Shown here: piece after piece, positions 38,417 through 47,256 of the stretch
Layout of the letters: each line of letters begins with the position of its first letter
Position numbering within the stretch: position 1 is the stretch's first letter
Assembly (NCBI GenBank): GCA_964479455.1
Contig: CAYZMF010000001.1
Coordinates: 1-54,776 of the forward strand
Origin: an uncultured Gammaproteobacteria bacterium
Lineage (GTDB): Bacteria; Patescibacteriota; Patescibacteriia; Patescibacteriales; UBA12465
DNA length: 54,776 bases
Reading direction: 5' to 3'
Translations under genes and position numbers: made by a program
The notes under the pieces: model-generated
What the model was told of the DNA's origin: nothing
Databases searched by the model: none
The model's input: the letters and a program-made list of their open reading frames with translations, nothing else

Positions 38417-39406
38417 ATGATAAAAGATAAAATTATTTTTTCTGGCATCCAGCCAAGTGGAGAGCTCCATATTGGTCATTTTATAGGGGCTATTGATCTC
38501 TGGCTTGATTTGCAAAGGAATAACAATTGCTATTTCTCAATAGTTGATTATCACGCTATTACTGTTGATCAAAATCCAGCTGAGTTGAGAAAAAGAATTT
38601 TTGAAATTACTAAATTATATTTAGCCTTAGGTATCAATCCAGATAAATCAGTTATTTTTCAGCAATCACAAGTAGCAGCTCATACGGAATTAGCCTGGAT
38701 TTTAAATTGCCAAGCCACTTATATGTCAGATTTAAGGAAGATGACCCAATTTAAGGACAAAGGAGGCGATAGGCAGGAGGCAGTTTCAGTCGGCTTATTC
38801 AATTATCCAGTTTTAATGGCGGCTGATATTTTGCTTTATGATACTCAAATAGTGCCAGTTGGAGAAGACCAAAAACAACATGTTGAATTAGCTCGAGACA
38901 TTGCTAAAAGATTCAATCATAAATTTGGTCAAATATTTACTATCCCTGAGGCTCTAGTTAAGGAAGAGGGATCGAGAGTAATGAGTTTAAGTGACCCTCT
39001 AAAAAAAATGAGCAAAAGTGAAAAAAATGCTGATAGCTATATCGCCTTATTAGACAGCCCAGAACTGGCTAGAAAAAAAATTATGAAGGCAGTTACTGAT
39101 TCTGGCAGTGGAGTGTATTATATTCCTCATGAAAAACCAGCAATTTCTAACTTACTTTCAATTTATGCCTTTTTGGGTAATCGAGAGATAAAAAGGCTAG
39201 AAAAGGACTATCTAAATAGTGGTTACGGAAATTTTAAGAAAGATTTAGCTGAAGTGGTGCTTAGTTTTCTGAGTAAATTTCAAGAAAAATATAATCAAAT
39301 TAAAGATGATGATGTTTATGCCATTTTAAAAAATGGTCAAGAAAAAGCCGAGCAAAAGGCTAATTTAAAGCTAGAGACAGTAAAAAAGGGAATTGGAATT
39401 GCTTAG
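38417..39406 (+). CDS. trpS: Tryptophan--tRNA ligase
   Basis: GIQPSGELHIGHF (HIGH) and KMSKSEKN (KMSKS). Confidence 0.9.
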   Translation: MIKDKIIFSGIQPSGELHIGHFIGAIDLWLDLQRNNNCYFSIVDYHAITVDQNPAELRKRIFEITKLYLALGINPDKSVIFQQSQVAAHTELAWILNCQATYMSDLRKMTQFKDKGGDRQEAVSVGLFNYPVLMAADILLYDTQIVPVGEDQKQHVELARDIAKRFNHKFGQIFTIPEALVKEEGSRVMSLSDPLKKMSKSEKNADSYIALLDSPELARKKIMKAVTDSGSGVYYIPHEKPAISNLLSIYAFLGNREIKRLEKDYLNSGYGNFKKDLAEVVLSFLSKFQEKYNQIKDDDVYAILKNGQEKAEQKANLKLETVKKGIGIA

Positions 39407-39471
39407 TATTTATGGTTTAATAATTACCATAAATGACATTAATATGGTAATGGCATTACTTAATTAAACAA

Positions 39472-39505
39472 AACAAACACCGAATAATGGTGTTTGTTGC
39501 TTTTT
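39472..39505. terminator. Bidirectional terminator between trpS and the 16S gene
   Basis: Perfect 10-bp stem AACAAACACC/GGTGTTTGTT with loop gaataat, followed by GCTTTTT on the plus strand. The minus-strand side is also T-rich. Confidence 0.75.
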
Positions 39506-39540
39506 GTGAAAATATTTCAAGTCTAATTGGCATCAATTCG
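39506..39540 (-). promoter_or_regulatory. 3' half of the pre-16S processing stem (partner at 41997-42032)
   Basis: CTAATTGGCATCAATTCG (39523-39540) is the exact reverse complement of CGAATTGATGCCAATTAG (41997-42014). The adjacent GTGAAAATATTTC / AAAATTATTTTCAC extends the helix. Confidence 0.6.
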
Positions 39541-39729
39541 TTCACTGTATAAAACAGTGTCGACTTGTGATCTTAATTAAAAAACCACATATCTCCCTAG
39601 AAAGGAGGTGATCCATCCACAGCTTCCGCTACGGATGCCTTGTTACGACTTAGTCCCTGTCATCGGTCTTACCTTATTCCCGTAAAAACGAGCTTTCGGG
39701 CACTACCAACTTCCTTGACTTGACGGGCG

Positions 39730-40572
39730 ATTATCTTCTTATAAACTTAAGAATTGATGTTCCCACTCAGCGAGCGGATTTCCCGCACTGAGCGAGCTCT
39801 AATGCATTTTCTGTTTTAAATGATATAATTTATTTAAACCAGACGATGTTAAGTGTTTTTTTAGGTTAATATCTTCCATTATTTGACAAAATATGTCAAA
39901 ATCTCTTTTTTACTAACAAATTTAACTGGATTTTCTTTAAAGAAGGGCATTACAACATCGTTTAAATGATTTCAATTTGAAACATCATAACGATAACAGT
40001 TTTTATGATTTACTCGATTATCTTTTTGTAGATAAACATTTCCACAGGCAAAATATTTTTCAAGCTGGTAAAGGATAATTTTATCCCCTTCCTGTAGCTT
40101 TACACAAAATTTTGGCTCTATTCTAACTCTTTGTTATCATAAACATAAATAGTAAAACTGCCTTCTCCGTCTATTAACCCAATTATATAATTTACATTAA
40201 ACATAAACATTAAAGTGATTCCTTCCTCTAATTAATAATTAAAGTACTATGAATCAGCTGACTTCTAATATAGTGTTAGTTTAATTATATCATTAATAAA
40301 ATTATTAATGAAGTCACTGATATTAGATCTCCCGGGGTTAATTAAATTTCCTTTCCCAACATCCTGAAACGATTTTTTTTGAATCTTCCCTAGGCTCACC
40401 ACCCAATCAAAGGTCGATTCTTCGTTCTATATCATCAGGCTATTGTTTGTTTTGAGATCCTCTGCTAATTTTCTCACGAAAATTAACTATCTTTCAACTA
40501 CGCTCCTTTATAGACAAAAAGGAGGAACGGATTTTAACCGTTTGGAAAAGTAATCTGCCCGGCGCAGATATT
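39730..40572 (-). mobile_element. Intron-like intervening sequence within the 16S gene (between the E. coli C1399 and C1400 equivalents)
   Basis: The flanks read ...CTTGTACTCAC | AATATCTGCGCCGGGCAGAT ... GAAGATAAT | CGCCCGTCAAGTC.... It has GC-rich terminal hairpins and an AT-rich centre carrying the LAGLIDADG remnant. Confidence 0.8.
39799..40210 (-). pseudogene. Degenerate single-motif LAGLIDADG homing endonuclease
   Basis: MFMFNVNYIIGLIDGEGSFTIYVYDNK.. is followed by a frameshift. The next segment is RIEPKFCVKLQEGDKIILYQLEKYFACGNVYLQKDNRVNHKNCYRYDVSN, then an in-frame TGA. NHLNDVVMPFFKENPVKFVS follows, then a second frameshift, then KKRDFDIFCQIMEDINLKKHLTSSGLNKLYHLKQKMH*. An SD, GAGGAAGGA, lies upstream. 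Confidence 0.75.
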
Positions 40573-40872
40573 GTGAGTACAAGACCCGAGAACGTATTCA
40601 CCGTGGCATAGCTGATCCACGATTACTAGCGATTCCAACTTCATGAGGTCGAGTTGCAGACCTCAATCCGAACTGAGAGAAATTTTCTGGGATTTGCTCC
40701 ACCTTACGGCTTGGCGTCCCTTTGTATTTCCCATTGTAGCACGTGTGTTGCCCAAGGTGTAAGAACCATGCTGATTTGACGTCATCCCACCTTCCTCCCA
40801 TTTAAAACGGGCAGTCTCCTATGACATATAAAACATAGGATCAGGGTTGCGCTCGTTTCCCGACTTAACGGT

Positions 40873-40909
<37 letters not shown>

Positions 40910-40989
40910 TCTGTCTAGCACCCTCGAAGGCGGATCTGTTTCCAGACCTTGCAGCTAGATGTCAAGCCTTGGTGAGGTTCTTCGCTTAT

Positions 40990-41034
<45 letters not shown>

Positions 41035-41879
41035 TATTCCTTTGAGTTTTAAGCTTGCGCTCGTACTCCCCAGGCGGGATACTTAACGGGTTACCTTAAA
41101 TTAACAACACTGGCAGGGTCGATACTGCCAATGTTTAGTATCCATCGTTTACAGCGTGGACTACTAGGGTATCTAATCCTATTTGCTCCCCACGCTTTCG
41201 TCCCTGAGTGTCAGAACTGTCCTAGCAAACTGCCTTCGCATTTGGTGTTCCTGCTGATATTAATGGATTTAACCCCTACACCAGCAATTCCGTTTGCCTC
41301 TTCCAGTCTCTAGTTTATCCATCTCTCCCGCTGCCCCAAGGTTAAGCCTTGGAATTTAACAGGAGATGCGATAAACAACCTACGGACGCTTTACGCCCAA
41401 TAAATCCGGATAACGCTCGGGGCCCTCGTATTACCGCTGCTGCTGGCACGAGGTTAGCAGCCCCTTATTCATCAGGTACCGTCATTGTTTCTTCCCTGAT
41501 AAAAGCACTTTACACCCCGAAGGGCTTCTTCATGCACGCGGCGTCGCTCCTTCAGACTTTCGTCCATTGAGGAAGATTCTCGACTGCAGCCTCCCGTAGG
41601 AGTCTGGGCAGTGTCTCAGTCCCAGTGAGGCGGATCATGCTCTCGCACCCGCTACCCGTCATAGCCTTGGTGAGCTTTTACCTCACCAACAAGCTGATAG
41701 GACATAGGCCCCTCCCAAGGCGCCGGAGCTTTAATAAATAGGCTTATGCTTATTTATACCATCGAGTATTATCCCACCTTTCGGTGGATTATCCTCGTCC
41801 TTGGGGTAGGTTACCAATGTGTTACTCTCCCGTTTGCCATGCCAATATTGCTATTAGCATTCGACTTGCATGCCTTAGA

Positions 41880-41919
<40 letters not shown>

Positions 41920-41996
41920 TTGTAAAAAAGTTTTTAATCAGGTGGCTCCTGAATATTTTAATCTGTTTAATTAAAAACAGATAATGTTTTGTTTTC

Positions 41997-42032
41997 CGAA
42001 TTGATGCCAATTAGCATCAAAATTATTTTCAC
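41997..42032 (-). promoter_or_regulatory. 5' half of the pre-16S processing stem (partner at 39506-39540)
   Basis: See the partner feature. There are 18 consecutive complementary nt plus an extension, bracketing the whole 16S gene as in RNase III processing helices. Confidence 0.6.
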
Positions 42033-42132
42033 GAATTATTCAGTTGTTAAGGGACAAAAAGCGATAGTAAAAAACAAAGATATTTAATATCTTGTTTATA
42101 TCAAAACTTATCCACTTTTATAATTACCTTTA

Positions 42133-42161
42133 TAATATACCATCCTAAAAAACTTGTCAAG
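42133..42161 (-). promoter_or_regulatory. Candidate 16S rRNA promoter
   Basis: On the minus strand: TTGACA (42161-42156), a 17-nt spacer and TATTAT (42138-42133). A TGgTATATT alternative extended -10 is also present. Confidence 0.55.
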
Positions 42162-42183
42162 ACTGATAAATTAGTCTATTATA
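42155..42183 (+). promoter_or_regulatory. Candidate promoter of the 42212/42434 operon, with its -35 overlapping the 16S -35
   Basis: TTGTCA (42155-42160), a 17-nt spacer and TATTAT (42178-42183). The palindrome CTTGTCAAG supplies both -35 elements. Confidence 0.5.
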
Positions 42184-42211
42184 TTAAGTATAATAATTTA
42201 GTTTTTAGTTT

Positions 42212-42418
42212 ATGCCAGAAGGAGATAAGGATCAAGTTTCAAAGCTGCAGGAAGATTTTTTACGGTCAATAAAAAAAATAGATCAGATTTATAATAATAC
42301 TTTTCTTTCTTTAGAAAAACTTCATCAACAAAAAATGAAGTTAATTGAGGATTATAAACAAAAAGCTCAAGAGGAAGAAATTAAAAAAATAAGGGAGGAT
42401 ATTAAAAAAGAAGGATAG
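42212..42418 (+). CDS. Small coiled-coil hypothetical protein
   Basis: 68 aa, E/K/Q-rich with heptad-like character. It lies 15 nt upstream of the giant ORF on the same strand. Confidence 0.5.
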   Translation: MPEGDKDQVSKLQEDFLRSIKKIDQIYNNTFLSLEKLHQQKMKLIEDYKQKAQEEEIKKIREDIKKEG

Positions 42419-42433
42419 ATTAATTTAAAAAAT

Positions 42434-45400
42434 ATGGCAAAAGAAAATTTTAAAACTGGCGAAACAAATAAAGAATTAAAATCATCTCCAGAAACAGGCC
42501 CAGAAATACCAACTACTCCAGAAGGGGCGAAGGAAGAAATTATAAAAAAAGCAAAGGAAAGTATTAAAAAAATTGACAATGAAGTGGGTAATCAAGAAGG
42601 CTTAGAAGAAGAAGCTAGTGGAGGGGAACTGATTCCTGGAGCAGGGGAAATTGACAACAGAAGAGAAGAAGTTAAAGAAAGTGGTAAAGAGGAGATTAAA
42701 AAAGTTGTTAATCCTAAAGAAGTAGGTACCACGAATAAAGAAGCTGAAAAATATATTAGAGCAGAGCAGTTAGTGAGAGAAATGGAAAAATTAAATAAAT
42801 CTCCTAGGGTAATTTCTTTAGATCATGGTATAGAATATGAATTAGATGGTCAGATGGAGAAAGAAGAGTTAGAAGAAATGGTAAAAAACGGGGAAATATC
42901 GACTGATGAATTAGCTAAAATAAAAGATCAAGTTGTAATAGAAAATAAAAATAAACAAGAAGAAAAAGAAAGAATTCAGAGAGAATCTCTAGAGAATATA
43001 TTAAAAATTTTTAATCAATTAAAGTTACAACAGGGACAGGAATTGGTGATTAGGGGTGAAAAATATCAAATTATTGAATTAGATAAAGAGAAGGGATTTG
43101 TTAATATAGGAAAACTTAAAAAAGATGGTAGTTGTTATGAAATTTTTTATAACCCCAAAGATTATAAAAAATTGGCTACTGATTTAAATTATAAAGAAGA
43201 AGATAAAGATTCGCCTTCTCCTATAAAAGAAAATTTTCAGGAAAATGAAACCGAAAAAATACAGTCTGCAAACTCTCTTGGTGAACTGTACAAGATTATT
43301 AAAGAAATTGGAGGCATTCAAGGTTCGTCAGAGTTTTATTCAGTAGATGAAATTTGGGAACGGGTGCGTGCGTATGTAAACAATCAAGCAGAGGAAGAGA
43401 TTATTACCAGAAACGGTAGACTTCGAGATAAGGTAAGGGAGCTTAAATACGCTAGAGAGCAAAGTTTAAAATCTAGCCAGGCAGACAAAGCTAGCAGGAA
43501 AAAGGTCTCTGAGGCTGAGGGGATTAATGATACAAAAAAAGAAGTAAAGGAGGTCAGCGAAGTAGAGTTTAAAAAAGTTGCTAACTCCTATATCAACTTA
43601 TCTTTGGAGGAGTTAAATACTAAATGGAATGAAACTAAGAAACTGTTAGATGAAGCCGAGAAGAATAAAGATGAAGCAGCTTATAACGAAAACTATAAAG
43701 TAATTAAGGAGATTGAGAAAGTTAAAGGAGGAGCTATAGAGCAGGCAGAAAATAAAATATCTGAGCCCGAGAAAGTTGAAAAAAATGAAGAACCAGAAAG
43801 CCAGGAGTTAGAAAAAGAAAAACCTAATGAGAAGAGAGAGATTAAGTTTAGTGAGGAGGTATTAAAAGGAATTAAAGAGTTAGGTTTGAAGTCGGAAGAT
43901 TTAGAAAAGATGGAGGCCTTTGGAAAGCTCAGTGAAGGGGGGCAAATACTGGCTTTAAAAAACTATGATCAAATACTGGTTGATGAAGCAGTTAAAGGGA
44001 CTCCTGAAAAAGTCGCACAGATTAAGGAAGCGAGGAAAAAAAGATATCAAGAGAAGATGGGTCAGAAAAAAGGCGCTTTTATGGCTGGTCTTAGAAATTT
44101 TTTTGGAAGCGGTAAAAGAGAAAAGAAGGCTTTCAAAGAATCATATGAAGACTTAAAAAACAAGGAAGATGAAAGTAATAAGAAAATGGCTTTAGAGGCA
44201 GCGGTTAATTGGGTCTCCAATTTTGATGTCCCAGCTAAGTTAGAAAATGGTAAAGTTAAATTAGAATTTGTTGATGGTTCTGAGTTTGATAAAGAAACAC
44301 AAGCCATAATTGAAGAGTTAAATGAGGAGGCAAATAATTTTGCCCGAATGCCTCAGTATATGTCTAATATTAGTGCCAGGAGAAGTGATAAGAAAAAATA
44401 TGAAAAGGCTCAATTAAAGGTGGAAAATAAGAAGAAGGAACTAGAAGCGTCATTGCTGGATAAAAAGAGTGAGGGGGAAATAATTAATATTTTAAATAGT
44501 TTAGAAAATAAAATTTCTAATTTACAAAATAATTTGACTGACAAAGAGAGAGAGGAGTTTGAAAAATCTGATTCTAAATTTTTTAAGTTTCTAAAGTCTA
44601 GCAAAACCGAGAAAGTTTCATATTTAGTTGGTGGTTATTTAAGTAGAGGGGCGATTAGAAGTAAATTAAGTAGTGATAGTACTAGTGAATTAGCCGGTCT
44701 TGGTGGTAGCACTGCGGTGGGCCTAGCTTCTTATGGAACTCTAGGAGTCGCTGCAGCTATAGGAGGAATAAGAGGCTGGCAAAGAGAAAAGAAAAAGATT
44801 AGAGAAGAGGATAAAAAAATAGCTAAGCAAGAATATCAGGAAACGGTGGAAATGAAAAATAGAAAAGAAGCTTTAGTTGAATTGAAAAAAGTGACACCTG
44901 AATTTCTAAAAATATTTGGAGAGAATGAAGATAAAAAAAAGGGTGAAACTTGGGAAACTTATCAAGATAGAAAAACTAAAGAATGGTTAAAGGCTGATCC
45001 TGAAAAAGCTAAAATATACATAGCTAAGAAAGGAGAATTCGATCAGGCTAATCTCGAATTTTTAAAAACTCAAAAGAAAAAGTTTTTAGAATTCAAAACA
45101 GAAGCCAACTTTATTTACGCCGAGTCAGCTAGTGCTAAGATTGATAATTTAGTGAATGATATTTATGCCTTGCAAGATCAAGAGAGTCTAAGCACTGAGG
45201 ATAAAGAAAGGTTAATTAAAAAAACAGAGATGTTAAAAACTAGACTTGAATACACGCAAGCTAAGATTGGTGACGGTCTGCTGGCTCTGGGTTTGAGTCA
45301 AAATCGCTTAACGAGCAGTACCCGATTATTTAATACGATTGCTCAGGCTAGCTTGCTAATTGAAACAGTTGATTATGAAGATAAAAAATTACCAAAAAAA

Positions 45401-47098
45401 GCTGGTGATATCATTGGTGATGAATATAGGAATGATGATGGAACAATCAACTTTAAAGCATGGGCTGAGGCAGCTTCAGGAGAAGACTTGGCTCTTTATA
45501 GGCAAACTAAAATTAAAAACTTTTTAGACAGACAAGATGATAAGGTCAGCAGTGAAAGAGCTAAGCAGAAAGCTAAAAAAGCCGCTATTGGGGCAGTTAG
45601 TGGAGCAGCTTTTGCCTTTGTTGGTATGAAAGCTTTTGATCATTTAGGTGACACAGAGATGGGTCAAGCGCTAAAAGAGAAAATCGGGAATGCTATTAGT
45701 CATGGGATTGATCAGGGAAAGGATGCAGTAGAGGCAATTAAAGATTTATTTGATAGCTCGGAAGGCTTAGCTGAAGCAATGCCAAGTATTGACGAAGTAG
45801 ATGCCATCAATGGAGCTGCTATTGCTGAAACTATAGATGGCGCTATTAATGTACCGCCAGAAGCACCTCTTTTACCGTCTTTTGAAGACTTAAAAGAAAC
45901 CGGTGCCTTGTCTAATAATATTTCTAATGAGGGTTTTGCTGAAGGAAAAACAGATTCTATTTGGCATTCAGCTAGAGAGATATTTACTAATAATGCTGAG
46001 GCCCTTGGTTATGAAGGAGATATGTCTAATGCTGGAGAGTTAAGAGGGTGGGCTGACAAGATGGTGGCTGGAGCAATAAACAGGATGGACGATGTAAAAG
46101 ATTTAGTTCATGAGGGGAATGTAATAGAATTAAATCAAAATGAAGCTGGTGAATATATTATCGAACTTCATCAGGCAGAAGGTCTTGAGCCAGGCTATCT
46201 TCCCGATGAAGCTGAACTAAGTGAAAGACCTAGAATGGAAGATATTCCTGAAAAAATTCCTAGAAAAGAAATAAATGAGATACCGCACACATATAATCTT
46301 CCAAACAAGGAAGCCCCTGATGCTGATATTACTTTAGATGACTTAAAGAATGTCGCTGAGGAACCAGTTGTTGATGGTGAGTCTAGTCCTGATCAGCAAG
46401 AGCTATCAAATATTGTTGATAATATTGACGAAGAAGGAGGCGAGCGATCTGGTATAGAAGAATCTCTTGATAGAGCTAGAGAAGCTATTGATCAAGAGGG
46501 TGGGGATGAGGTGCCAGCAGTAGAGGATGTCTCTGAAGAAGGAGGTGAACAAGTTAGCGAAGATAAAACAGAGACAGGTGGATTGACTATTGAAGATGTA
46601 AATGAGGCAGTTGAATCACAAGAAAAAATATATAGCCAACAAACAATTGATAAAGTGCTAGATATTATTGCCAATAAGGATAATCCGACGTCTCAGGACA
46701 AGATATTATTAGAATATATCAAACAAAACAATGTGTCAAAAACTGAAAATTTAACAAATTTGTTAAGTAAAAATGTCTTTTTATTAGAAACTGGCAATCC
46801 TATTTCTCAAGAGTTATTAAGTTTTAGTGAGATTAGGAATGCTACCGGAACAGAAAAAATAGACCTATTTTACGATTTATTAAGAGACAAGATGGGCAAT
46901 GGAGGCTCTGAGCAATTTGAGGCATTAGAAATGCTTAAAGAAAAAGGAGCAATAAAGATTGTTGAGGCGACTGATTTAAGTAATGATAAAATTGCCTTTA
47001 CTCTAGGCGAAAAAAAGTTTAACTATGATTTTTCTAGACAAGGTTTACAAGATTTAAGTAGTTTACTTAAAAAATTAAGTCAAGTTAAAGGCTTATAA
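42434..47098 (+). CDS. Giant (1554-aa) orphan protein with a charged coiled-coil N-half, two Gly/Ala-rich hydrophobic segments and an acidic C-terminal region
   Basis: A single uninterrupted ORF with E/K-rich low complexity over the first 700 aa or so. Putative TM segments are STAVGLASYGTLGVAAAIGGIRGW and AAIGAVSGAAFAFVGMKAF. An acidic DEEGGE tract lies near the C-terminus. No family was recognised. Confidence 0.85.
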   Translation: MAKENFKTGETNKELKSSPETGPEIPTTPEGAKEEIIKKAKESIKKIDNEVGNQEGLEEEASGGELIPGAGEIDNRREEVKESGKEEIKKVVNPKEVGTTNKEAEKYIRAEQLVREMEKLNKSPRVISLDHGIEYELDGQMEKEELEEMVKNGEISTDELAKIKDQVVIENKNKQEEKERIQRESLENILKIFNQLKLQQGQELVIRGEKYQIIELDKEKGFVNIGKLKKDGSCYEIFYNPKDYKKLATDLNYKEEDKDSPSPIKENFQENETEKIQSANSLGELYKIIKEIGGIQGSSEFYSVDEIWERVRAYVNNQAEEEIITRNGRLRDKVRELKYAREQSLKSSQADKASRKKVSEAEGINDTKKEVKEVSEVEFKKVANSYINLSLEELNTKWNETKKLLDEAEKNKDEAAYNENYKVIKEIEKVKGGAIEQAENKISEPEKVEKNEEPESQELEKEKPNEKREIKFSEEVLKGIKELGLKSEDLEKMEAFGKLSEGGQILALKNYDQILVDEAVKGTPEKVAQIKEARKKRYQEKMGQKKGAFMAGLRNFFGSGKREKKAFKESYEDLKNKEDESNKKMALEAAVNWVSNFDVPAKLENGKVKLEFVDGSEFDKETQAIIEELNEEANNFARMPQYMSNISARRSDKKKYEKAQLKVENKKKELEASLLDKKSEGEIINILNSLENKISNLQNNLTDKEREEFEKSDSKFFKFLKSSKTEKVSYLVGGYLSRGAIRSKLSSDSTSELAGLGGSTAVGLASYGTLGVAAAIGGIRGWQREKKKIREEDKKIAKQEYQETVEMKNRKEALVELKKVTPEFLKIFGENEDKKKGETWETYQDRKTKEWLKADPEKAKIYIAKKGEFDQANLEFLKTQKKKFLEFKTEANFIYAESASAKIDNLVNDIYALQDQESLSTEDKERLIKKTEMLKTRLEYTQAKIGDGLLALGLSQNRLTSSTRLFNTIAQASLLIETVDYEDKKLPKKAGDIIGDEYRNDDGTINFKAWAEAASGEDLALYRQTKIKNFLDRQDDKVSSERAKQKAKKAAIGAVSGAAFAFVGMKAFDHLGDTEMGQALKEKIGNAISHGIDQGKDAVEAIKDLFDSSEGLAEAMPSIDEVDAINGAAIAETIDGAINVPPEAPLLPSFEDLKETGALSNNISNEGFAEGKTDSIWHSAREIFTNNAEALGYEGDMSNAGELRGWADKMVAGAINRMDDVKDLVHEGNVIELNQNEAGEYIIELHQAEGLEPGYLPDEAELSERPRMEDIPEKIPRKEINEIPHTYNLPNKEAPDADITLDDLKNVAEEPVVDGESSPDQQELSNIVDNIDEEGGERSGIEESLDRAREAIDQEGGDEVPAVEDVSEEGGEQVSEDKTETGGLTIEDVNEAVESQEKIYSQQTIDKVLDIIANKDNPTSQDKILLEYIKQNNVSKTENLTNLLSKNVFLLETGNPISQELLSFSEIRNATGTEKIDLFYDLLRDKMGNGGSEQFEALEMLKEKGAIKIVEATDLSNDKIAFTLGEKKFNYDFSRQGLQDLSSLLKKLSQVKGL

Positions 47099-47256
47099 GC
47101 TAAGCAGTTCTCTCGCCATACTCACTAATTATGTGATTTATATATTAATGTTTTAATATGGTTTTTGCATTAAGGTTTTCTGGCTTGACATTAATTAAAA
47201 TATTAACTAATCTAATATGAAATAGTTCATTAAAATAACCTAAAAAATTATATATC

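Noticed and set aside
39972-39974. In-frame TGA in the LAGLIDADG ORF as evidence for an alternative genetic code (UGA as Gly or Trp).
   Set aside because: TGA terminates well-defined genes in this window (patatin at 5152-5154 and the 23956 gene at 24343-24345). All large housekeeping ORFs are full length under the standard code.
39730-40572. Calling the 16S insertion a group I or group II intron.
   Set aside because: The boundaries deduced from the exon consensus are C|AAUAUC...GAUAAU|C. There is no U at the 5' splice site, no terminal G, and no GUGYG or AY ends. Only a loose GAUAUAG resemblance to a group I J8/7 element was seen, so the class is left open.
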